Source: Chiloscyllium plagiosum (taxonomy: Eukaryota). From it: a DNA stretch of 57,984 nucleotides. The stretch spans positions 12,757,508-12,815,491 of the forward strand of contig NC_057720.1 in assembly GCF_004010195.1 (NCBI RefSeq), written 5' to 3'. The position numbers were made by a program, and so were the translations under genes. The notes under the pieces were generated by a model. That model was not told where the DNA came from. It saw only the letters and a program-made list of their open reading frames with translations, and did no database searches. Below are positions 26,386 to 38,072 of this stretch, piece after piece (the first letter of the stretch is position 1; each line of letters opens with the position of its first letter).

Positions 26386-27498
26386 AGAGTTATTCACCTA
26401 TGATCAAATGATGGAGTGGTCTGGGCCAAATAGCCTAATTCTGCTCTCATTCTGATGATCTTATGGAAAATAAGTTATAATAGATAGTGAAATTAGATGC
26501 TATTACCAGGACATTGGTTAGGCCACTTTTGGAATACTGCAATTCTGGTCTCCCTGCTATAGGAAAAGTATTGTGATACTTGGAAAAGACTTACAAGAAT
26601 ATTGTCAGGTTGGAGGGTTTGAACTATAGTGAGAGGCTGAATAGGGTTCGGCTATTTTCCCCGGAGCATTGGAGGTTGAGGGGTAACCTTCTAAAATCAA
26701 GAGGGGCATGGAGAGGCCAAGGCCTTTTCCCAGGGTAGGGGGAGTCCAAAACTGGAGGGAACAGGTTTAAGGTGAGAGGGGAAGGATTTAAAAGGCACCT
26801 AAGGGGCAACTTTTTCTCGCAGAAGGTTTTTAGATTAAATTAGATTCCCTACAGTGTGGAAACAGGCCCTGCAGCCCAACAAAAGGTGGTGCGTGTGTGG
26901 AATGAGCTGCCAGAGGAAGTGATGGAGGCTGGTACAATTGCAACATTTAAAAGGCATCCAAATGAGTATATGAATAAGAAGGTTTTCGAGGGATATGGAC
27001 CATACGCTGGCAAATGGAACATGATGACTTGAGGATATCTGGTCAGCAAGGAAAAGTTGGATGAAAGGGTCTGTTTCCGTGCTGGACATCTCGTGACTTT
27101 ATGAAGAGGAGACCTATGAGAGGGGGGCAAGGGGCATTCACTGTGCAGAGTTCAATGGTAGACATTGATCCCTTGGAATTTGTAACCACAAAAAATACAG
27201 CTGTGATCCCACTTGAGGTCCTGACCCTTTACCCTGGGTCTAGATTATACTTTCAAATGCCTGAGCCATGGACTTGAACTCACAACTCCTTGACTCAGCA
27301 GTAAGAGTGTCACTGAGTGAGACTGAGCAACAAGTGCACCCTCACTCATTAGGCTGTTTCTGGTGGGGGTTGTTGGAGTCTATACTCTCGTGTGATTATA
27401 GCTGCTGGAACATGAACCAAGTTAGACATTTTCCACTCTTTCCCTATCCTCTTCTTCCAAAGGCTGTAGGTTTGCTCGCTGAGCTGTAGGTTTGATAT

Positions 27499-27538
27499 CC
27501 AGACGTTTCATTACCTGGCTAGGTAACATCATCAGTGG
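27499..27538 (-). ncRNA. Minimal type I hammerhead ribozyme motif
   Basis: Minus strand CCA-CTGATGA-T-GTTACCT-AGCC-AGGTAAT-GAAAC-GTC-TGG: intact core, 7-bp helix II, CCA/TGG helix I, palindromic ACGU. Confidence 0.75.
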
Positions 27539-28401
27539 CGACCTCCAAGTGAAGCGAAGCTGTTGTCTCCTGCTTTCTATTTATATCTTTCTCCTGGATG
27601 TTTTTTTGCGAGGAACTTATTGAGCACAATTTCCGCAGTTTTGCCATTCGAGCTTGCTGACCAAATACTTAACTACACCAGCAACCATCCCAACACACAC
27701 AAACAAAGCTGTATTAGAACACTATTCCAATGAGCCACCACACACTGCAGCACAGACGAACTTCGGAAAACAGAGGAGAACCACCTATACGACATATTCA
27801 AGAAGAACGGATGCTCAAAAAATACAGCCCGCAGATTCCTCAAGAACAAACCATGACAAGCAGACCAAACACAACCAGAAACCCTAACCACCTTACAATA
27901 CATCAAAGAAGTTTCAGAAATGACAGCCAGACGACTAAGATCCCTCGGAATCCTAGTAGCACACAAACCCATCTACACTTTCAAACAAAAGCTAACAAAC
28001 TTAAAAGATTCAGTACAACCCATGGACAAAACCAATGTCATCTACAAAATTCCATGCAAGGACTGCCACAAACACTACGTAGGACAAACAGGAAGAAAGT
28101 TAGCCACCAGGTTACACGAACACCAGCTAGCCACAAAAAGACACAGATGAAAAAAACCACCATTACGACTGGGACAACACATCTATCCTGGGACAGGCTA
28201 AGCAAAGACATGCCAGAGAATTCCTAGAGGCCTGGCACTCCAACCACAATGCCATACACAAGCACATAGATCGAGATACCATCTATCAACCCCTCAGAAA
28301 ACGAACAGGAAATGACATCACCACAAACCCCAGGAACCCCATCCAGGACAAATGTATAAATAGAAAGCAGGAGACAACAGCTTCGCCTCACTTGGAGGTC
28401 G

Positions 28402-28441
28402 CCACTGATGATGTTTCCTAGCCAGGTAATGAAACGTCTGG
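28402..28441 (+). ncRNA. Minimal type I hammerhead ribozyme motif (second pLTR copy)
   Basis: CCA-CTGATGA-T-GTTTCCT-AGCC-AGGTAAT-GAAAC-GTC-TGG; one helix II mismatch. Confidence 0.7.
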
Positions 28442-28684
28442 ATATCAAACCTAAAGCTCAGCGAGCAAACCTACACCCTAAACCTCAACCTGAGCTAGAA
28501 ACCTTCACAAATCTTCTTCCAAAGGCCTGGTGACTGTTCTAAAAATATCAGTGAGGAAGATAGATTGAAGAATTTGAGACTTATCTCCTTGGAGAAAGCA
28601 AGGCTAACAGCAGAGATCGGATAAACTATTCTTAAATGTTGAGAGATCTGGATAATCGGGAGAAAATGGTAAGATTTTGGAATT

Positions 28685-29960
28685 AAATATTACAGTGACG
28701 TGTACTCAAGTACAGGAGTACAGAGAAAAGTGTACCATGATGCCACACACAGCACCATCTTAGATACCAAGGTACCCAGATACAAAAAACTTAGGTACAA
28801 AGTAATAAAAGAAACGGAGTTAAACAGTTAAGCATTAAAATCATAGAATAAGAAAAGTAAAGAAATAAGGTAATAGTTAACACTAAAGTCTTTCTTAATT
28901 TAAACTAGAAACATAAAGGAGTTAAATTAAAAGTTCAGCAGTCTTTAATGAGTCCTCTGCTTAGCTTGTTTGCTGGGAGACCTCAGCTGCCTGTTCTCAA
29001 TGATGCCACAGATACCGGGGGGCCTCCGTCACTGCTCGCTCTCCCCCCACTGGGCTGTCATCGTGGCTACCGCTGCTGAAGCTGCACCCCACCCAATCTC
29101 CAATTCCGCCACCCCACCCCAGTGCTTCTGGAACATTCCCAGGCAGGACACCAAGAGACTGGGCTGAGAGACTGCCACAAGCCATCGAGAGACTGCGCCA
29201 AGACACTGCTATGAGCCACAAGACACTGGGCCAAGAGACCGGGCCGAGGAACTGCAACGAGCCATGAGAGACTGGGCCGAGAGACCAGGCTGAGAAACCG
29301 CCACGAGTCATTGAAAGGCTGGACCAAGGCGCTACCATGAGCCATAAGAGACTGGGCCAAGAGACCGGGCCGAGAGATCGGGCCGAGAGACCAGGCTGAG
29401 ACACCACCACGAGCCACAAGAGACTGGGCCGAGAGACTGGGATAAAACACTGCCACAAGCCATCAAAAGAACAGACTGAGGCACTGCCATGAACCATGAG
29501 AAACCAGGGCCGAGAGACCGGGCCGAGAGACCATCACGAGCCATGAGAGACCGGGTTTAGAGATAGGCTGAGACACCATCACGAGCCATGAGAGACCGGG
29601 TTTAGAGATAGGCTGAGACACCATCACCAGCCATGAGAGACCGGGTTTAGAGATAGGCTGAGAGACCACTATGAGCCACCGAGAGACCGGGCTGAGACAC
29701 CGGGCTGAGAGACTGGGCCGAGAGACTGGGCCGAGAGACCACTACGAGCCGCTGAAAGACCGAGTCGAGACACTGCCATGAGCCACGACAGACCAGGTCG
29801 AGAGACGGGGCTGAGAGACCGGACTGAGACACTGACGTGCTGCTAAGAAACCGGGAAGAAACATCAAGAGTGAGAGAAAAAAAAATGGGGATAAAGAAGA
29901 GACAGAAACGGGCGGAGGGGAAGAGCTCCAGCTGAACCGTCCTACTCTGCCACCATCTCG
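28685..29960 (-). mobile_element. Composite non-coding retroposon-like element with internal GC-rich VNTR
   Basis: Head resembles AAGATGGCGGC; VNTR at about 29150-29850 including 3x45 bp at 29530-29664; tail shares 'cacgtgtac...acagtgaaaa' with the Rex1-like tails; splits a CR1 fragment. Confidence 0.55.
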
Positions 29961-30017
29961 AAAAGCATGTCTCCCCTGGGAGAGAATCAAGAACAAGGGG
30001 GCATGGGTTGAGAATAA

Positions 30018-30337
30018 GGGTTGGTGACGATTCGCCACGGCACATTCGCCGCCACCGATTCGCCACCAGCGTTTCTCCACTGTTTGACCTCTGGAGAACT
30101 ATTCGCCACCGGAGATATATATCTGTACTGATTGTTTTCCCTCCCGCCTGTCCTTTCATACTTCTCAGTCCCCTTTATTTATACAACAACATGGTACATA
30201 TTGATAAAAAAAGAGGTGAAATAAATATGATTTTATTGGTTTATACATAAAAACGAGTTACAAACACTTGTGGTGGCGAAGCGTCCTCGGCGGTGAAAGG
30301 GCAGGGGCTAATCGGGGGCGGTGAATGGTCCCATCCC
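30018..30337. mobile_element. MITE with imperfect TIRs and subterminal TTCGCC repeats (possibly Mutator-like)
   Basis: Left end GGGTTGGTGACGATTCGCC versus right-end reverse complement GGGATGGGACCATTCACC; AT-rich middle; 9-bp flanks tgagaataa/ggaaaataa (7/9). Confidence 0.6.
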
Positions 30338-31136
30338 GGAAAATAATTAGTAAAAGAGGCAAAGGGATATGAGGAGTAATATTTACTTGCATGTACTTAG
30401 TGTCTGGAATTCTGCTGGATGCCAATTTGATCCTGGCTTTCAAAAGGAAATTAGATGATTATTTGAAAAGAAGAATATGCAGGGTCATGGGGGAAAAGCA
30501 GGAGAAAGGCAGTAACGAGAGGTGCTGTAGAGATCTGCGTACGTCGGTCATTTGGTCAATGGCCTGTCTCTCCTGCCTTAGTTTCCCTGCAATTCAACCA
30601 CTTCGGTATTAACATGGTTGTGGGTATGCTCGCTGAGCTGGGAGGTTGATTTGCAGATGTTTCGTCCCCCTGTCTAGGTGCCATCATCAGGACTTTGGAG
30701 ACTCCTGTGAAGTGCTGCTGTTTTGTGTCTTCTTGAGTTTACGCAAATCTGGAACTTCAATATTAGGGTGGAGGGTGCCATCTAATGGCTGCTACATAGA
30801 ATGGCACCATGACCAAAATGAATGATCAGAATTAACTCAGATCATTCAGATTCCTGCTCGGTTCCATCCCAATTTTCTCTTTAACCTTGTCATTTAACAC
30901 CTCTTATTTGCTTGCATCAACATCTCATCGGTACATAACCTTGACTCATTGATACACAGTTTCTCATTCTCCCATATGTTGGATAGAGACTAGATGGTGA
31001 CAATTCCTGATGTGAAGATCAGAGTGGGTACCTTGCCCTCACCACCAACGTTCCTCCGGGGCTCTGTCTTGAAAAACAGTCCCCACGATATCAGCATATG
31101 CTTCCACGGAGGCTTGAACCAGACACAGAGCACATC

Positions 31137-31465
31137 ATAGAATCCCTGCAGTGCAGGGAGAGGCCAATCAGCCCATCATGTCTGCACTGACCTTCCGCAG
31201 AGCACTCCACCTAGACCCAGTCCCCTACTCTACCCCCATAACCCCACATTTACCATGGTTAATCCACCTAACCTTCACATCCCTGGACACAATTTATCTG
31301 TACGTCTTTGGACTGTGGGAGGAAACCAGACCACCCAGAGGAGCCCCACACAGAGATGGGGAGAACATGCAAACTCTACATAAACAGTCAGCGAGGCTGG
31401 AATTGAACCTGGGTCCCTAGTGCTGTGAGGCAGTGGTGCTAACCACTGAGTCACCGTGGCACCCA
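31137..31465 (-). mobile_element. tRNA-derived V-SINE (HE1-like)
   Basis: Reverse complement has A/B boxes and V-domain. Confidence 0.8.
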
Positions 31466-32744
31466 CACCACAGCCTTTAAATAGCACCACTGACCATTGA
31501 CTCAGACGTCCAATGTGTTCTCCATTGTGTCACACAGCCACATTGCAACACTTCCAAGTCACACTGAATACCGCTCTGTACGTTAATGCTGCAGTTCGGA
31601 GTGTACTGACACTTTACATTACAATGCTGCTGCCAGGCTACCCAGGGACAGGCCCCAGCACGTTCTCTAGAGCAGGGTGCACCTTGACACCCTATCGCTT
31701 GCTCTCTTACTTTCTGCTGGATTGGATGCTCGCAGCAGCTTACCTTGCCTTGCCTCCTTTGCACTTTGCCTTAGCTTTAGGCCTCGCAGTCCTGACGTCT
31801 TTGCCTTGCCGTTTGGCGCAGACACCACACTAGGCAGCTCGTTGTGGTCATCACCAATGAACAGTCGTACATCGTGCCTGGCACTGTGTCATGTCACACA
31901 CTCACACACTGTTCCTATGTGAAGCAGCTGACATGCAAGCACTCTGCACGCATCCAACCAAATGGACATGGTCCAGTGAACAAGGGGAGTAGTCCCTCAG
32001 TCAGGCAAAAGGTGAGTGGAGCAACCTTTAGTCAGGGGACCTGGCACAGTAAGCTTCCAACATCCAGGGGCTGGGGTATAGTCAGTCATTCATTTGAGGG
32101 TGGTCAGAGTCAAGGGGAGGTGTGGGTGTGGGGGGCTGGGGGAAGGGGGAAGGGGGAGGGTCTCTGTATCATTACAGTCCAGAGAATGGACCACAGTCAA
32201 TCCAGCAGTTCCACTCAAGCAGTCTACCGAGTGGCCGAAGGTAAGCCGGAGAAGAGTATTGAGTTCAATCAGAGGACCCACTGTCACCCATCAGTCAGGG
32301 CCGATCAGGGTGTCAGCCAAGGTCAGTCCTTGGGGGTCAGCTCATTGAATATCAAGGAGGGTTTATCTTTTAGCTTGTTTTTTTGGTCCATAGCTGCTGA
32401 GGGAGGCAAGTGGTACCATCACTGGATTGTTAATCCAAAGCCCCAGGTAATATTCTGGGGACCTGTGTTCCAATTCTGCTATGGCAGATGATAGAATTTG
32501 AACTCAATAAAACAAAATTCTGGAATTAATAGTCTAATGTGGCCATGAACTAATTGTCAGGAAAAATCCATTTGGTTTACTAATGTCCTACAGGGAAGGA
32601 AACTGCCCTCCTTATCCTAAAACGACATGGGAAGTAGGTGCAGGGCTATACATTGTGAGGCTGGGGCAATGGGTGAGAGCACAGTGGTGCTTCCACTTCA
32701 ATATTTAATGGAGAGGTGGCATGTTGGAATATTTATGGGTTGGG

Positions 32745-33170
32745 GGTGCCATGTGTGAACATTTACAGTGGAGTGGTGTGTATTAATATTTATACAGGAG
32801 AGTGAACAGTGTGTGAATATATTCAGGGTTATGTATGTTTATATTTATAGGGCTAGTCTGTGTGTAAATATTTGGATGGTTTGTGCATGTAATTTACAAG
32901 GCTTGTGTGTGTGTGCGTGTATGATAATTTACAGGTTTGTGTGAAATTCACAGGGTTTGTGTTTGCGTGTGTGTGCGTGAATATTTACAAGGTGTGTGTG
33001 TGAATGTGTATGAGAATATTTTCCAGGGTTTGTGTGATATTTACAGGTTTGTGTGTGTCTGTGTGCGTGTCTGTGCATGCGTGTGTGTCTGTGTATGCGT
33101 GTGTCTGTGTGTGTGCATCTGTGTCTGTTTGTGTGTGTCTGTGTGTGTGTTTCGGTGTGTGTGTGTGTAT
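32745..33170. repeat. Degenerate TG-rich simple repeat
   Basis: (TG)n-like tract with recurring 'atatttacaggg'. Confidence 0.9.
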
Positions 33171-33231
33171 TTATTTTCCGGGGATTGTCTTCCAGAACAT
33201 GAAAGGACCTGCTGCTGAAATGCCCACACTA

Positions 33232-33276
33232 AGTTTCATTTTCCTGTTTGACTTTGCCGGAATGGAAACTGAAACT
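33232..33276. promoter_or_regulatory. Two inverted interferon-stimulated response elements (ISRE), putative IFI44-like promoter
   Basis: AGTTTCATTTTCC (33232-33244) and GGAAACTGAAACT (33264-33276) both fit AGTTTCNNTTTCC; they lie upstream of an ISG. Confidence 0.8.
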
Positions 33277-33279
33277 AAA

Positions 33280-33543
33280 GTTGAATCTTTGCTGTGAGTT
33301 CATTTTTCAAGGTGTGGTTAAGGCATTACATCGTGGTTGAAAACAAGTCTCTCCAGTCCCTTGCTGTATGTCTGTGGTCGAGTTTGTTGTTTTACGCTGG
33401 CGGTGTTTTTGTTGAATCTTTGCTGTGAGTTCATTTTTCAAGGTGTGGTTAAGGCATTACGGATCGTGGTTGAAAACAAGTCTCTCCAGTCCCTTGCTGT
33501 ATGTCTGTGGTCGAGTTTGTTGTTTTACGCTGGCGGTGTTTTT
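33280..33543 (+). repeat. 131/133-bp tandem duplication
   Basis: 33280-33410 and 33411-33543 match apart from a GG insertion. Confidence 0.95.
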
Positions 33544-33674
33544 GTTTGATATTTGAATTATTTTGGGAGACCCCGTCAGATCTCTTGGTGAGAACTGACT
33601 GTGGTTCCTGTGTTAAGAACTGCGTGGAATACAAATTGAATCTTTTAGACATAACCAGCAGGACACTTTGAAGG
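33300..33674 (+). other. IFI44: Putative non-coding exon 1 of the IFI44-like gene (start uncertain)
   Basis: Unique sequence after the ISREs, ending in a strong donor AAGG|GTGAGT. The first coding exon has an acceptor only 9 nt before the ATG, so an upstream exon is required. Confidence 0.55.
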
Positions 33675-33804
33675 GTGAGTATTCGGGTATAATCTTTGTA
33701 TGAGATTTCATGGGGCTTCACTGGAGGTCTTATGTGAAAATCTCAGTGGATTTGGGGGAATGGCTGATGGCTTAATGTGACAGAGCAGTCTTGGTCCATT
33801 TCAT

Positions 33805-34272
33805 TCAGACCATAGAGTCATAGAGATATCCAGCGTGGATACAGACCCTGCAGTCCAATTCATCCATGCTGACCAGATATCCTAACCCAATCTTGTCCCT
33901 TTTGCCAGCACTTGGCACATATCCCTCAAAACCCTTCCTACTCATACACCCATCCAGACACCTTTTAAATGTTGCAATTGTACCAGCCTCCACCACTTCC
34001 TCTGGCAGCTCATTCCATACACACACCACCCTTTGCATGAAAAAGTTGCCACTTAGGTCTCTTTTATATCTTTCCCCTCTCTCACTAAACCTATGACCTC
34101 TAGTTCTGCAGTCCCCCACCCCAGGGAAGAGACTTTGTCTATTTGTCCTATCTGTGCCCCTCTATAAATCTCTACGAGGTCACCCCTCAGCTCCGATGCT
34201 CCAGGGAAAACAGCCCCAGCCTATTCAGCCTCTCCCTATAGCTCAAATCCTTCAACTTTGGCAACATCCTTG
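33805..34272 (-). mobile_element. CR1 LINE 3' fragment
   Basis: RTRGHRF...WNELPEEVVEAG. Confidence 0.85.
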
Positions 34273-35449
34273 TATACGATGGGCTGAAGGGCCTTTTTCC
34301 ATGCTGCAGAACCCTATGACTCCACAAGGCAGCAAAATATATGAAAGAAACAATTAAGTTATTCCAACGAAGTCTGGTGGCACTGGTCTTGCTTCTGATG
34401 AAGAATCTAATGGGCCAAGCATTGCTCTGCAGTTGAAATAGAAGTGAATTTGATGAACTAAGTAAAAGAATAATCTTGCTCTCGGATATCACATCTTTCA
34501 ATCTCAGGGTAGGTAGACTCAGATTACAGTCAGTAAGATACTCTTTGAAGTGTAGTCACCATTGTAACGTAGGAAACGCATCAAAGGAGAAAGTGAGGAC
34601 TGCAGATGTTGGAGATCAGAGTCAAGAGTGTGTTGTTGGAAAAGCACAGCCGGTCACGCAGCATCCGAAGAGCAGGGGAATTGATGTTTCCTCACTATCT
34701 CCCTGGGTTCCACCCCCGGGTCCCCCCCCCCCCCACCTTACTAGTTTAAATCCTCCCGAGCAACTCTAGCAAATCTCCCTGCCAGTATATTAGTCCCCTT
34801 CCAAAGCAATGCAACAGCATATAAAACAGTAATTGCTGCTCCTGGAATTTGAGGAAATCACCTCCATCACCTAAAATACCTCAAAAAAGGAGCAGCGTGT
34901 AACAGCTAGAAATTCTTCCATCTTGGATTCCCAGAATCCTGTCTCTGTGATATGGAGGTGCCAGTGATGGACTGGGGAGGACAACATGAAAAATCACACA
35001 ACACCAGAATTTATAGTAAAAGGTCTGAACAACAATCTAGGCTTGTTCAACATGTCGCATCAGTTGTATGACAGTTTTGATTTTTTACTATAAATTCTGT
35101 GTCCAGTGATCCTGCCCCACTAGCCACCTGGCGAAGGAGCAGCGCTCCGAAAGTTTGTACTTCCAAATAAACCTATTGGTCAATAACCTGGTGTTGTGTG
35201 ATTTTTAACATATCATCATATTCATTGGTAGGACCTGGCTGTGGCTGGCCCAGTATCTATTGCCTGATCCTGTTGCCTTTGAGAAGATAGTGGTGGCCTT
35301 CTTGAATTGCTAGTGTCCATGTGCTGTAGGTACTAAGGTGGAAGAACTTGTAATGTTGATTAGCTCATCTCCTACTGAAATGTATCCCCAAGATTGGGAA
35401 GGTAAGGAGACTTGATGGCGCATGAATTATTGACGTTGTCCTGAGTACA

Positions 35450-36226
35450 GTAAAGGAGTTGGGATGTCATGTTGTGGCTGTAGAGGAAATTAGTTAGGCC
35501 ATTTTTGGAATACTGCATTCAATTCTGGTCTCCCTGCTATAGGAAAGATATTATTAAACTTGAAAGGATTCAGACAAGGTTTACAAGCATGTTACTAGGG
35601 TTGGATGATTTGACGTCTAGGGAGGGGCTGGACAGGCTGGGGCTATTTCCGTTGGAGCACTGGAGGCCGAGAGGTGACCTTAAAGAAGTTTATAAAATCA
35701 TGAGGGGCGTGTATAAGGTGAATAGCCAAGTTCTTTTTCCCAGGGTGGGGGAGTCCAGAACTTGAGGGCATAAGCTTAAGGTGAGAGGGGAAAGATTTAT
35801 AAGGGACCTAAGGGGCAATATTTTCACACAGAGGGCGGTACGTGTATGGAATCATATCAAAGAGATGTACGGAATGAAAACCAACCCTTCAGTCCAACTT
35901 GTCCATGCCAACCAGATATCCTAAATTAATCTAGCCCCATTTATCAGCATTTCGCCCATATCCCTCCAAACCCTTCCTATTTATATATCCAACCAGATGC
36001 CTTTCAAGTGTTGCAACTGTACCAGCCTCCATCACTTCCTCTGGCAGCTCATCCCATACACGTATCACCCTCTGCGAGAACAAATTGCCCCATAGGTCCC
36101 TTTTAAATCTTTCCCCCCTCACCTTAAACCTATGCCCTCTAGCTTTGGACTCCCCCACCTGAGGAAGAAAAAGCTTTGCTATTAACCGTATCTATGTCTG
36201 TTATGATTTTATAAATCTCTATAAGG
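35450..36226. mobile_element. Two adjacent, convergent CR1 3' fragments (+ 35450-35852; - 35855-36226)
   Basis: ORFs 35505-35765 (+) and 35931-36158 (-) cover overlapping CR1 segments. Confidence 0.85.
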
Positions 36227-36842
36227 TTAAGAAGGCACAACAGCACCTCTTCTTCCTCAGGCGACTCAGGAAATTTGGCCTGTCTACAAGGACCCTTACC
36301 AACTTCTACAGATGCACCATTGAATGCGTACTGTCCGGGTGCATAACAGCCTGGAATAGCAACTGCTCTGCCCAGAACCTTAAGAAACTACAGAAGATTG
36401 TGTGCACAGCCCAGACCATCACACAAGCCAACCTCTCATCCATGAGCATTTCTCGTTGCCACTGAATGGCTGCCAACATCATCAAAACCCCTCCCACCTT
36501 GGTAATGATCTCCTACAACCTCTCCCATCAGGCAGAAGATACAGAAACCCGGAAACACAGACCAACAGGTTGAAGAACAGCTTCTTCCTGCTGTTATTAG
36601 ACTGCTGTTATTAGACTGCTGAATGAACCTCTCTAACTCGAAACAATGTTGAACTTGTTCATGTAGGTCTTGCCTCATACACGTCCTGTGCAGTGTAACC
36701 TGTATGCCTCACTCTGGCCAAGTATTCTTCACCCTAAGATCTGTATGTCCTTGCTTATTATGATCTGCCTGTACTGCTCGCAAACAAAGCTTTGCACTGG
36801 AGTTAGGTACACGTGACAAGAAATTAAATCAATCAACCAATC
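36227..36842 (+). mobile_element. Rex1/Babar-like LINE 3' end
   Basis: KKAQQHLFFLRRLRKF...NFYRCTIECVLSGCITAW; aatca-type tail. Confidence 0.8.
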
Positions 36843-37849
36843 AGATTGTTGGACTGGAAACGCACAAAATGAATGCAAATCTTTCTTAGCTTTTGTATGC
36901 ACTGGGAAACTAAATTAGGCAGAAATTGAATTGCTGTGAATTTTGTCCATTATGTACCAGTTCCTGTATCTGTCAGCCATTCGGGAGGCTGGGGAGATTT
37001 TCCATTGGGAAATTCATCATTATATTCAATTGGAACTCCCCTCATTTTGATTTTGGAAGAACATTGCATCATTGCTGACACAAGTGTGTCTTTTGCTGAT
37101 GATGCCTGAACATGGTTGATGAAGGTTTGGGGATGATTTTGAAAAGATCTTTGTTCCTGGGGTGTGTGGGGAATGCAGGCAGGGTCATGTGCCTTTAGGT
37201 GTTCATGAAACACCTCCTTAAGCCAGTGGATTTCTGTGTATGAATCTGCCAGCAAAGTTACAATAGGTATGGAACCCGAGGATATTGGTCTTGTGATAAT
37301 AAGGACTCATTGATGTCTTTAAGTCAGGCTGGTGATTGCCTGAGGATTAGAGCTGGATGCGAGCTATCATTCAAAAGGATGAACAATTCAGGAGGCAGAG
37401 ATTATTAAGGCAACCCATGAGATGGAAGAGTAAGGGAGAGGGGAGGGTTTATCATTAATAAAAGTAGAGAATGACTTGAGGACACTGGGAACACCATCGA
37501 TATTATACTCCATCTGCACTTCTCACTGCCTCAGAAAGACACTTAACATCATCAAAGACCCCTCCCACCCCGATTATAATCTCTTCCAACCTCTTCCATT
37601 GGGCAGAAGGTACAAAAGTTTAAACACAGATACCAACAGCTTCAACAACTGCTTCTTCCCCGCAGTTATTAGATTTCCGAATGGAGCGCTCAACTTTTAA
37701 ATTTAATGTTAACCTCACTCTTTGTGCACCTTCTCTGCAGCCATAATATTATATTCCTCGCTCTGGTCTATTATCCTAATGCATTATGTGCAGTGTGACC
37801 TTTCTGTTTTGTCTGCATGCAAAACAGAACTTTGCACTGTACCTAGGTA

Positions 37850-38072
37850 GGAGAAAGTGAGGTCTGCAGATGCTGGAGATCAGAGCTGGAAATGTGTTGC
37901 TGGAAAAGCGCAGCAGGTCAGGCAGCATCCAGGGAACAGGAGAATCGACGTTTCGGGCATAAGCCCTTCTTCAGGAATGTTCCTGAAGAAGGGCTTATGC
38001 CCGAAACGTCGATTCTCCTGTTCCCTGGATGCTGCCTGACCTGCTGCGCTTTTCCAGCAACACATTTCCAGC
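37850..38072. mobile_element. Young palindromic Penelope-derived element (family A) with a hammerhead core on each strand
   Basis: 93-bp perfect inverted arms at 37885-37977 and 37980-38072; TSD gcactgtacctaggta at 37834-37849 and 38071-38086; CTGAAGA...GAAACGTC at 37983-38010. Confidence 0.85.

Larger units (their letters stand above)
27465..28511 (+). mobile_element. 5'-truncated Penelope-like element: GIY-YIG endonuclease remnant, inverted pseudo-LTR, 15-bp TSD
   Basis: NVIYKIPCKDCHKHYVGQTGRKLATRLHEH (27920-28150); 27465-27600 is the reverse complement of 28340-28475; TSD tcttcttccaaaggc at 27450-27464 and 28512-28526. Confidence 0.9.

Noticed and set aside
28997..29669. Several overlapping repetitive ORFs
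   Set aside because: By-products of a stop-poor VNTR; no splice or homology support
31844..32491. 215-aa ORF upstream of the ISREs
   Set aside because: Non-ATG start, no recognisable domain, and it runs into a SINE
33175..33198. GAS/NF-kB-like motifs near the ISREs
   Set aside because: TTCCAGAA has 2-nt rather than 3-nt spacing and the kB match is poor
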